NCBI GenBank assembly: GCA_951406725.2
Contig: OX597830.1
Location: 16,802,001-16,866,000, forward strand
Source: Octopus vulgaris
Taxonomy: Eukaryota
Length of the DNA stretch: 64,000 nt
Direction: 5' to 3'
Shown: in pieces, positions 52,902 to 64,000 of the stretch
How positions within the stretch are numbered: position 1 is the first letter of the stretch
Layout: the number at the start of each line of letters is the position of its first letter
Notes under the pieces: generated by a model
Told to the model about the DNA's origin: nothing
What the model saw: only the letters and a program-made list of their open reading frames with translations
Databases searched by the model: none
Made by a program: the position numbers and the translations under genes

Positions 52902-52985
52902 GGTGGTGGTGGTGGTGGTGGTGGTGGTGGTGGTTGTCCTTGGCGTCATGATGATGATGATGATGATGATGATTATTATTATTGC
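52635..52985. repeat. (GGT)n/(GAT)n tract
   Basis: Directly visible. Confidence 0.9.
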
Positions 52986-53582
52986 TGACTCCCATGGCAA
53001 CCTCTGCATCTGGCTGTTCCTATCAATGTACCTGTCTTGTCTTTCCCTCTGACCTAAGGAAGCCCAGGCAAGAGAGAAACCTTTTTGATAACTGCAAGGA
53101 TCAATCAGGCTAGCTCAAATCAGTCCTGCTTAAGCTTATCTTCATCCTGTCTTTCATATTGTTGGAAACAACAGATGTATGCTTTTATTTGCTTATGGCA
53201 GATGGAGAGCTGAGTGAATAAGTTACCAGAAGACCAATCGTTAGTTTAAGGGTTCACATGTGTAGTGTGTGTCCAGAACGGCAGTATTTAACACTCAGTA
53301 CTCATATCTACCAGGTCTTACGTCAGCCTTGATTCCAGCTGTGGCCATCCCATCTTTTAGGGTTATCTAGGGGACTATATATTTTCACTGTGTACTTTAC
53401 TTTAAGTTAGTAGTGATTGGTTTTAGGATGACTTGGCTGCTATTTCATGCATGTCAAGTGAATACAGAGAGAAGTTTGACAAATAATTTCTTTACTTAAA
53501 AGGTTCATTTCAGTTCCTTGTGCTGGTGGGGTCACCATTATGACAGCCAAGAGAGACTAAGTTGTAACCTACTTATCATAAA

Positions 53583-53800
53583 GGTTTCAAATTTTGGCAC
53601 AAAGCCAGCAAGTTCGGAGTGGAAGGTGAGTTAAGTCAATTACATCAACCCCAGTGGTCAACTGGTATTTATTTTATTGACCTCAAAAGGATGAAAGGCT
53701 AAGTTGACCTCAGCAGGATTTGAAATCAGAATATAACGATAGACAAAATGCTACTAAACATTTTTCTCAGCATGCTAATGATTCTGACAGCTTGCTACCT
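53583..53800 (-). mobile_element. SINE family C, CpG-decayed
   Basis: Family C motifs with CpG to TpG/CpA changes. Confidence 0.75.
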
Positions 53801-53898
53801 TAAACCTACTTATCATAATGGAAACCAGAAACAAGCCCCTGTTCCAGTGGTCCCTTGTAATTCAGGAAAGGATTTGCTTTTTAAATTAATAATCAATA

Positions 53899-54069
53899 GG
53901 CGTAGGAGTGACTGTGAGGTAAATAGCTTGCTTACCAACCACATGGTTTCGGGTTCAGTCCCACTGCATGGCACCTTGGGCAAGAGTCTGCTACTATAGC
54001 CTCGGGCCGACCAAAGCCTTGTGAGTGGATTTGGTAGACGGAAACTGAAAGAAGCCCGTCGTATATATG

Positions 54070-54100
<31 letters not shown>

Positions 54101-54215
54101 CTGTGTTTGTCCCCCCAACATTGCTTGACAACTGATGCTGGTGTGTTTATGTCCCTGTAACTTAGCGGTTTGGCAAAAGAAACCGATAGAATAAGTACTA
54201 GGCTTACAAAGAATA
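53899..54215 (+). mobile_element. SINE family A, 3'-truncated
   Basis: Family A head to cttacaaagaataa. Confidence 0.85.
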
Positions 54216-54359
54216 ATCGTTGTTGCTGTTGGTGTTGTTGAAGCCAGCCCTGATTGAACAAACCTGAAACTGAAGACATTCCAGCCATGACCATCTGTCC
54301 TTTTTTTCTCTTTGATTTTAAAAATGACTGCTGTATGAAGAAGTGCTAATCTCTAATTG

Positions 54360-54670
54360 TGGAAGGAACCTGTGGAAGAAGTGATGACAAGTGTCTTCTG
54401 ACAAACTGCTGTGCTTGAGAAGATACATCAAGCTAAGTGAAACCATAGTCGTGGCCAGTGCCGGTGACGTGTGAAAGGCACCTGTACCACTGACACATAG
54501 AATGCGCTCAATACATTCTGTGGAGTGGTTGCTGCTAGGAAGGACATCCAGCCATAGAAACCAAGCCAAGATAGACCGGAGTCTGGTGCAGTTCTCTGGT
54601 TTACCATTTCCAGTCAAACCAACCCGAGCCAGCATGGAAATCAGACATTTAATGAAGTTGATGATGATGG
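54360..54670 (+). mobile_element. RTE 3'-end copy, same family as 47761
   Basis: ggaacctgtggaaga..gtgcttgagaaga..ccagcatggaaatcagac. Confidence 0.7.
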
Positions 54671-55388
54671 TAGGAAGTTACATGAGGGAAATTTGATCAG
54701 CCCGAGGCTATAGTAGAAGACACTTGCCCAAGGTGCCATGCAGTGGAACTGAACCCGAAACCATGTGGTTGGTAAGCAAGTTACTTACCACACAGCCACT
54801 CCTACACCTATAAATTATTAATTTAAAAAGCAAATCCTTTCCTGAATTACAAAGAGCTGAAATTTTGCTGGTTGAGTGATCATGAAGAGGTCACCCTTGT
54901 TGACAGGTAATATTTTCGTTATTGCTAAGACTTGGATTGAATTGGATTGGATAGGATTGACCATGTTCAGTCCATTACAATATGAAGGCCTCAGCATATT
55001 CTCTCTACCAACCATGGTCTGATGTGGTGGCCATGCATTTCAGGTTGAGATCATTCTGGTTTCATGAGACTTCTCTATCACCCTGGCTCAACATGGCCTG
55101 GCAGAGGGATGTAGTTTTGTTCTTTTTTATACTCATACCCAGGAGAAGGTAAATCAATTACATCAACCCTAGTAGTAAGCTGGTACTTATTGGCTCCTGA
55201 AAGGACGAAAAGTTACGTCGCCGTCAGCAGAATTTGAACTCAGAAGGTAAAGGCAGACAAAATCATGTCCAACCATGGAGAAATATCGTCTTATTCGGAA
55301 ACACAGGTAAAGGCATCTGGCTATCGAAAATCTACCTCAATAAATTCTATCAGACCTATACAAGCATGTAAGCGTCAAAACAACGACG

Positions 55389-55605
55389 GGTGAAGCGGCG
55401 GCGGTGGGTGAAGCGGCGGCGGTGGGTGAAGCGGCGGCGGGAGAAGCGACGGCGGGAGAAGCGACGGCAGAGGCGGCGAAAACGGCGGCGGCAGCAGAGG
55501 AGGCGGCGAAAACGGCGGCGGCAGCAGAGGAGGCGGCGAAAACGGCGGCGGCAGCAGAGGAGGCGGCGAAAACGGCGGCGGCAGCAGAGGAGGCGGCGAC
55601 GGCGC
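55389..55605. repeat. GC-rich minisatellite: 18-mer x2, 15-mer x2, 30-mer AGGCGGCGAAAACGGCGGCGGCAGCAGAGG x4 perfect
   Basis: 30-mer units start at 55471, 55501, 55531 and 55561. Confidence 0.9.
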
Positions 55606-56016
55606 CCACACCGACCAACGACTGCAGTTTATAAACATGATATTGCAGAGATTTTTTGTTTTTTTTATTCGCTGTCCACTGCATGTCAGTTGTGACATGT
55701 CGCAGAGTTTTAGGTGGCAAGTAATTGATTTAAAATACAAAGGACTAAACAAACAAAAAAAAACCTCCGCTCCCTCTCACAGCTGGGCCTGATGGGTTTA
55801 TTGATGTAACTTCCATTTTGCGAGTACATATCGATATGAATGCGTTTTGTTTGTTTTCTGAGTAGAAGAAATAATGTTTGTTTGGACGATATTGCTTGCA
55901 GTAATGAACCTGGATTGGATGCGGTTTGTACAACCCGCAGCAGGGACTAAGAATGAGTAGGTTGGCAGGATCCATCGTAAATTATGCCAACCTTATTACT
56001 TAACCCTGAAGGCGCA

Positions 56017-56520
56017 AACTCTCAATAACAAACTAAAACAAAAACAAAAACGAAAGTGAAGGAGCCGCTACGTGGTGATTTATTCTACAAGAAATAGCAG
56101 CCAAATCTCCCAGATCATATTCTATCTATCTTTTTAAAAAACGATATAGGAAAAATACAATATACAATGAATGTAACCCAGATTCTTTGTATTCATAAAG
56201 ACGGATGGCCACAGCTGGAACGTCTTTATATGTCTGCTCAATCAATGCAGCGTTACACCTAATCCTATAAACTCGCAATAACGAACTAAAAACAAAATGT
56301 TTTAAACAGTGAGGGAGCCGCTACGTGGTCATTCGTTCTGCAAGAAATAGCAGCTAAATCTCTCAAATCTCATTCTGCCTATCTTTAAAAAGAAATGAGA
56401 AGAATACGGTGTATAATGTTAATCCCAGATATTTTTATGTCTTAATAAAGACGGATGGATGGCCACAGCTGGAATATTTTTTGGTCGTACGTCTATGTAG
56501 ACTTAGAGCTATAATAACAA
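56017..56520 (+). repeat. Tandem ~250-bp duplication built on repeat family E
   Basis: ggagccgctacgtggt..caagaaatagcagc..aagacggatgg occurs twice. Confidence 0.8.
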
Positions 56521-56782
56521 TGACGTGAAGAATTGCACTTCACACCAGCGTCACATGCTACAGATGAACCACACCCACCACAAAACTCCTACACAATGAA
56601 ACGAAAATACTTCCAACGACAGCACATTTCTTTAAAAATATATATTTTTGCTGCTGTTGTGGCTTATCTTTTGTACTTGTTTTAAGACATTAGACTGCGA
56701 CCATTCTGGGGCACCGCCTCACCTGAAAGAAGATTTTTTAGTCGAACGAATCGACCCCCCACTACTTATTATTATTTATTTA

Positions 56783-57965
<1,183 letters not shown>

Positions 57966-57989
57966 ACTTCGTCAATCTCAGTATACAGA

Positions 57990-59090
57990 AAAAGATAGGA
58001 TGGTCACAGCTGGAGCGCCTTTGATCATAGGTCTTTTTGACAAAGGTTGAACTGGAGTTGAACAATAATATTAATAATATACATACAACAAGCCAACTAG
58101 GGAGATTCTTAATCGTCGTTCGACCAGCTAGAAATAGCAGCCTATTCTCCCTCAAAAAGAGGACACGTTAAATGAGGTGGTCTTAGACATACCACAAAAG
58201 GACGAGATGAATATGGCTGAATCCAGTTGATCGTTGGTTTGCTTGATCGGAATTGACCTGGAGCTAAACGATAACATTAACACAAAACTAGACCTGCTAG
58301 AAATAGCAGCGAAATTTCCCTCGAATTACACCTACTGTCTTAAATAATGTAGTTTAAAGGTGGGATGGTCGTTGCTGTGACAATTCTGATTGTAAGTGTA
58401 CAGGATCAGAATAGACCTTGGGTTAAACAATAGCATTAACCCGATGAGATGTGAGCCATATAGTCGTTCGACCTGCTAGAAACGACAGCCAAATTCTTCA
58501 TCTTAATCGTATTTCGTTGTCTTAAAAAGGAAGGGCACAACAGATAATGAGGCCCTGGATTCACAATACCTGTAAAAAAAAATGTGTCCTATGATTATTT
58601 ATAATTATGAGGGCGATTTAGCTGCTGTTTCAAGCAGATCGAACAGCCACATATAGGTTCCCTTGCTGGCTGTTCGTTGTTACTGCTGTTAGCGTTGTTA
58701 TTGTTGTTGAGCCGCGGTCTGCTCTGATGGAGCTGACCTATGCTCAAAGGATTTCCATTTGTGACCATCCTATCATCCAATGTATCTAATGTTTTCTAAG
58801 ATGATAGGATATGTTGCGCGGAAGATAGTCGTTATTTCTAGCAATTCGAGAAACCTCGCAGAATCCCCACTCCCTTGCCTTATTTTCATCGTTGCTGCCG
58901 TTTAGCCTCGGGTGAGCCTTGACCGAATACGCTTTCTACCCGTAACTATCTTGTCTTTTAGTCGGGGGGAAACCCACACTGCGTTATCCAATGTGCACTT
59001 TATATCTAAGACGGTAGGATGTACTTTAAAGGGAATTTTAGCTGTTATTTCTAACCGTTCTAGCGACCACATAGAGACTCCCCCCCCCCC
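57990..59090. repeat. Repeat family E array: head-to-tail ~170-200-bp diverged monomers, + strand then - strand
   Basis: Core gctagaaatagcagc and ggatggtc..gctg repeated; orientation flips near 58590. Confidence 0.65.
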
Positions 59091-60364
59091 GTTAGTGTTA
59101 ACTCTACAGCTACTATTAAATATCTTTACACCTGGTTTTTGTTGTTGAGACAGTTGAATTATTCGATGGTGTTACTGTAAATTATGTCGCTTGGTATTTG
59201 TTATTACTGCTGTTGATGACGACGACGATGACGACGATGATGACGATGATGATGATGATGATGATGATGATGGTGATGATAACGATGATGTTTGCAGCCA
59301 CCATTAAATTTACTGCTGCTGATGCTGCAGTTGTTGTTATTATTGCTGCTGTTACTTGGAATCCAAGATTACTTCCTCGAGGGGAGAAGTCTGTCTTTCC
59401 CGCCCTCCCATTGTTTGCTGTTGTACTTGAGCAAAAAGATGCCGGTAACAACGTGTTGAGTTCTTAACATCTTGCAAGTAAACAACTTTTACCCTCCCCC
59501 CTTCCTTCTATCACGGCTCTTTAAGCTTCCCCCCTCATCCTTCCCTCCCGCTCTCTCTCTCTCTCCTTTTATCTCTCAGTCTTTATCTCCCTCTCTTCTG
59601 TTGTCCTTTCCTCTCTCTTTCTCTCTCTCCTTTTATCTCTCACTCTTTATCTCCCTCTCTTCCGTTGTCCTTTCCTCTCTCTTTCTCTCTCTCTCTATAT
59701 ATATATATATATCTCCCTTTTTCTATCTGTCGCTCTCTCTCTATATATATATATATCTTTCTCTATCTGTCGCTCTCTCTCTCTATATATATATCTCCCT
59801 TTTCCTATCTGTCACTCTCTCTATATATATATCTCCCTTTTCCTCTCTGTCGCTCTCTCTCTCTACATATATATATCTCCCTTTTTCTATCTGTCACTCT
59901 CTCTCTCTATCTGTATTCACCCTCGTCTCTCTCTCTCTCTTTCTGCCTTCCTCTTCGTTTCTCCCTTTCTCTCTGTCAGTCGTCCGACTACCACCCACTC
60001 TCAACTTCCCACCGCTTCCCCTTCCTCCTACTCCAATTTCTGCTCTTCTAGTAAACAATTCGATCGATATCTAGGTTAATGTGTGTGTGTGAGTGTGTGT
60101 ATGTTTGTGTCCGTCCGTCTGTCTTTATATTATAGTGTATATGTATGTACGTGCGTGTGTAGGTGGTGAGATCTACGTGTAAAGGTATGGAAAGCAAGTT
60201 TTGTTTATGTTCGAATGTTTGGTTATGCCCATGAAACTGAATGTACGCATGAATAGCTGGATCTGTGTATTTGTGTATATGTTCGCGCGAAAAGGAGTGG
60301 CATTCTGCACATGTGTGTATGTTTGTGTATACTTATATACGTACATATATATATATATTTATAT

Positions 60365-60408
<44 letters not shown>

Positions 60409-60491
60409 CATGCATATATATATATATACATATATATATATTACATATATATATATATTTATGTATATACATATATATATATACATACATA

Positions 60492-60544
<53 letters not shown>

Positions 60545-60661
60545 CATATATATATACACATATATATACATATACTTATATATATATATGTATATATATA
60601 CACATATATATATATATATATATATATATCTACATAAACTTACATACATATATATATATAT

Positions 60662-60718
<57 letters not shown>

Positions 60719-61746
60719 CGTAGTCACTGACACACACACTCACACAGTCAAACCCACCGAGTTTTGTGTCGGTGTTTATCAATGGTTTTGTTTGCGTGTG
60801 TCAGAGAATAGCTCTGCGCCTTATGAGTGTGTGTGTGCGTGCGTTCGTTTGGGACTGTATGTATAATCATAATGTTTATCTAATTTATATGTAAGTTGAA
60901 GAGTGTCTCTCTTCGTGGTTAAGTATTTATGTATGCAAGCTACTAACGTGTATATACATATGGCGGGTTCTCTGTGTGACAAACTATGCGTAAACCTGTG
61001 TTTACCGCAACTGCTTCATAATCTCTATGTGAGATATATATATATATACACGCAGAGTAGAGTAGAGTGTGTGCATGTTTGTGGTTTGCAATGTCCATTA
61101 AACATTAGTGTTTGTGGAGGTATGTGTCAGAAGGCAGTGAGTTTATATATTTCACTGTCTGCATCCAGTGACCAGAATTCACACGTGTGCGCTTGTGTAT
61201 ATATATATATATATATATGTATGTATATGTGTGTCTCTCTTTGTGTGTATGTGTATCTGTGTTTACGATCATGTGGTGTATGTTTGTGTGTATGTGTATG
61301 TAGCTGATTAATTGTTTTGCCTTGTTAGTTTATATTTATAATAGTTTATAATTCTGGAGGAGACAGCTCTAGCTGTTGTTACGTAAGTCAAATTACTCCT
61401 AGTTTTACAATAAGGGCGAAAATCATAGCAGTTAAACCAGAATTGACTCTTCGATATTTACCTTGTTACCTGAGATACACCGTTAAGCAACGTACACACG
61501 TGTGAGCACGAGTTTATAGTGTGTTGTTTTGTAGCCCTCCGGTCAGCTTTGAACCGGCAGACCTACGAACAAAGGCATTCCAGCTATGACAATCCCATCT
61601 TATTTTTAGGAATAATGCACCATATACTAAATAAGCTGGTTTTGTTTTCCCTTATTTACGACAGTGCGGTGTGGTTGGCAGGTAGAGTTGCGGTATCCGA
61701 GGAAAAAAATATGAATGTCTGTTTCTGTAACAATAAACCAAAAAAG

Positions 61747-62110
61747 GAGAACTCGTGGAATGTCGCATTAAACTTATGGCGATCTTTCGTCTCTAGTAGA
61801 CCTTTCCGTCGATTTCCGTAAAAATTTTTTTTTTTTACATATGGGCTTGCGGGAACTTTTGAAGTAATGAGAGCGAAAGAGACTAAGAGAAAGCGATTGT
61901 ATGACGAGGGAAGTTCTTTTGAAGTTACCGTGCATGGGAGCATTGATGTACATGTGTGTGTGTGTGTTTGATGGGGTGTGCACGGTAACTTGAAAAGAAC
62001 TTCCCTCGTCATACAATCGCTTTCTCTTAGTCTCTTTCGCTCTCATTACTTGGAAAGGTCTACTAGAGACGAAAGATCGCCAAACTTTATATGACATTCT
62101 ACGAACTCTC
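61747..62110. repeat. Long inverted repeat / foldback element
   Basis: Inner arms 61862-61934 and 61979-62051 (72/73 complementary); 61777-61807 and 62052-62082 (31/31); decayed outer ends. Confidence 0.9.
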
Positions 62111-63235
62111 ACTGTAGTGTGAGGAAGATTAAACTGCTCTTTCTAGCTGGCCAAGTTACTAATTACTAAACCAGCATAAACCTCAGTACTATTATGTATT
62201 ACTCCTGAAAAAAATTGGAGGGTAAGGTTGACGCTATTGGAATATGAACTCGTGACGCAGAGAGCCAGGACGCAAACCGCGAGACATTTTATTTTTCTCT
62301 GGCGCGTTAACAACTCTGCCAAGATCACTGCCTTCGTTATTTATGTATTTATGTCTTCGAAAGTATTTTTCTATGTCAGCCTGTTATTTTAGCAATGTCG
62401 GTTTACATTTGTGAAATATATTTACGGACAGCTAACACGCATGTTATATATATGGAGTGCGACAGGAGAGACGGGGGCTACAGACATCCGAGGACAGTGA
62501 CACGGGTCTACTTGAGAAGTGACCGTCTCGACCTAACAACAACATTAACGGAATGTGCTCATAAACCACAACAATGGAATGTGAATCTCTCTCTCTCTCA
62601 CCACAAGCATTTTCACTGACATTTTTTTTTCCTGATCTTGCTGGTGAACACCCGTACACTATAAGATCAACCCCTGCCGTATCCCCATAGCTATTTCACT
62701 CCAATTACAAGCTTTCTCTCGACTTTTTTAAGTGTTGTTTTGAATAAGCTATTTTCAGAGCAAGGTTGAACACGATTTGATGGGAAGAGTGAAATATGTG
62801 TGATAAAATATAAACATTAGAAGAATTTCATTAATAAAGAAACTAAAAAAACAACTTATTAGTTTATTTTTAGTCTACTTAAATTTCCTTTAAACATTGC
62901 TGAAATATAAGACCTTGTGTGGTGGGGGAGTTGAGAAACTAACTAACTGACAACTAATAACTAAAAATTTAATACTTATATTTAGTGTGACAAGCAATTG
63001 AAAACAGTATCCGCAAAGTATAAATGAACAGGGTTTGAAATATCAGCTATCTTAAACACAAGGGAACATAGTATATTTGGGACGTTACTAAACATGTTTC
63101 CTCACATTCTTCAAAATGTACGGAATAACATTTCAATTATATCTATTGTATTGATTATTTAATTAAACTGATTGTTTGTAATTTTTTTGAAGTACAAAAT
63201 TTCTAATAGATTGTTAAATTTTACATACTAGTAAA

Positions 63236-63331
63236 TAGTAGTTAAGATAATAGTTAATATAGTAGTTAAGATAATAGTTAAGATAGTAGTTAAGATAATA
63301 GTTAAGATAGTAGTTAAGATAATAGTTAAGA
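63236..63331. repeat. 24-bp tandem repeat TAGTAGTTAAGATAATAGTTAAGA x4
   Basis: Directly visible, one substitution in unit 1. Confidence 0.9.
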
Positions 63332-63499
63332 GCTAAGCTGTCTCAGAAGTCTTTGTCTTTAGTATTTGTAGTCGAGCGGTTGGTAAGATAGCAGCATATG
63401 TAGCTGCCGAACACTGCGAGAGATCAGAGATGGGATACTGAGAAACTGGGGTGGCATCTTTATTAACAGTACCACTACAAGTTATTCTTGTTTAATAGA

Positions 63500-63730
63500 A
63501 TGGCAGAATCGTTAAAGCATCAGGGAAAAAAATAATAACTTGCGGTCTTCGTTCTCTTTCTTCGCATTCTAAGTTCAAATCCAGCTGAGATCAACTTTGC
63601 CTTCTACACCTTTGGGATCGATAAAATAAAATACTAATGTCGTACTAGGGTGGCGTGTTGTTGGCTAATCCCTTTCTCCTTGCAAAAAAAAAAAATTCTG
63701 GCTTTGTACCTTTATTAGAAACAATTATTG
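63500..63730 (+). mobile_element. SINE family C, diverged
   Basis: tggcagaatcgttaaagc..aagttcaaatcc..actttgccttc..tcgataaaataa. Confidence 0.65.
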
Positions 63731-64000
63731 CTCAGTACCTGGCTAATTCTGATCAACAGACATTCAAGGTATGACAATCTTGAAATGAACATGTACATTT
63801 TAATGACTCTGAGGAAGCTTCAGGATGTTGTGCAAGCAGTCAGCTCTGTATGCACTGCGTCCCGTAGCAGAAACAGCTGTAAACTAATGAAAGTGATTAC
63901 ACAAGTCCTGTTCTTTTGCCATTCATTAATTGATATTATGCTCTGTACTCAACTGAGGCTTTACTCTTGGTGATTAGTATCACTATGCTTGAGCAAAATG

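Noticed and set aside
55471-55599. CRISPR-like 30-bp repeats
   Set aside because: No spacers, eukaryotic context and no cas genes; likewise the 24-mer at 63236.

Overview
AT-rich eukaryotic (animal) intergenic or deep-intronic DNA, dominated by microsatellites and interspersed repeats. The repeat repertoire (several tRNA-derived SINE families, RTE and R4/Dong-type LINE relics, TTAGGG repeats) looks like an Octopus/coleoid cephalopod genome; this is inference from recalled repeat families, not a search. No host protein-coding exon could be supported, and almost all ORFs in the track are microsatellite or SINE read-throughs. Supported content: four tRNA-headed SINE families (called A-D here), a tandem ~200-bp repeat family (E), decayed RTE LINEs, R4/Dong-like RLE LINE relics including 3' ends embedded in (TAA)n, two mariner relics, a hAT MITE with a perfect 8-bp TSD, a Helitron with two 5' ends, a GG-terminated 8-bp-TSD (Merlin-like) MITE family carrying telomeric repeats, two large foldback palindromes and one tRNA-Thr(TGT) gene or pseudogene. 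The most interesting signals are short (TA)n-embedded elements with hammerhead-ribozyme cores, telomere-repeat-carrying DNA transposons with a CCAAT+CRE cassette, a near-perfect 73-bp hairpin, a tRNA joined to a SINE-type 3' tail, and modular or concatemeric SINE architecture.
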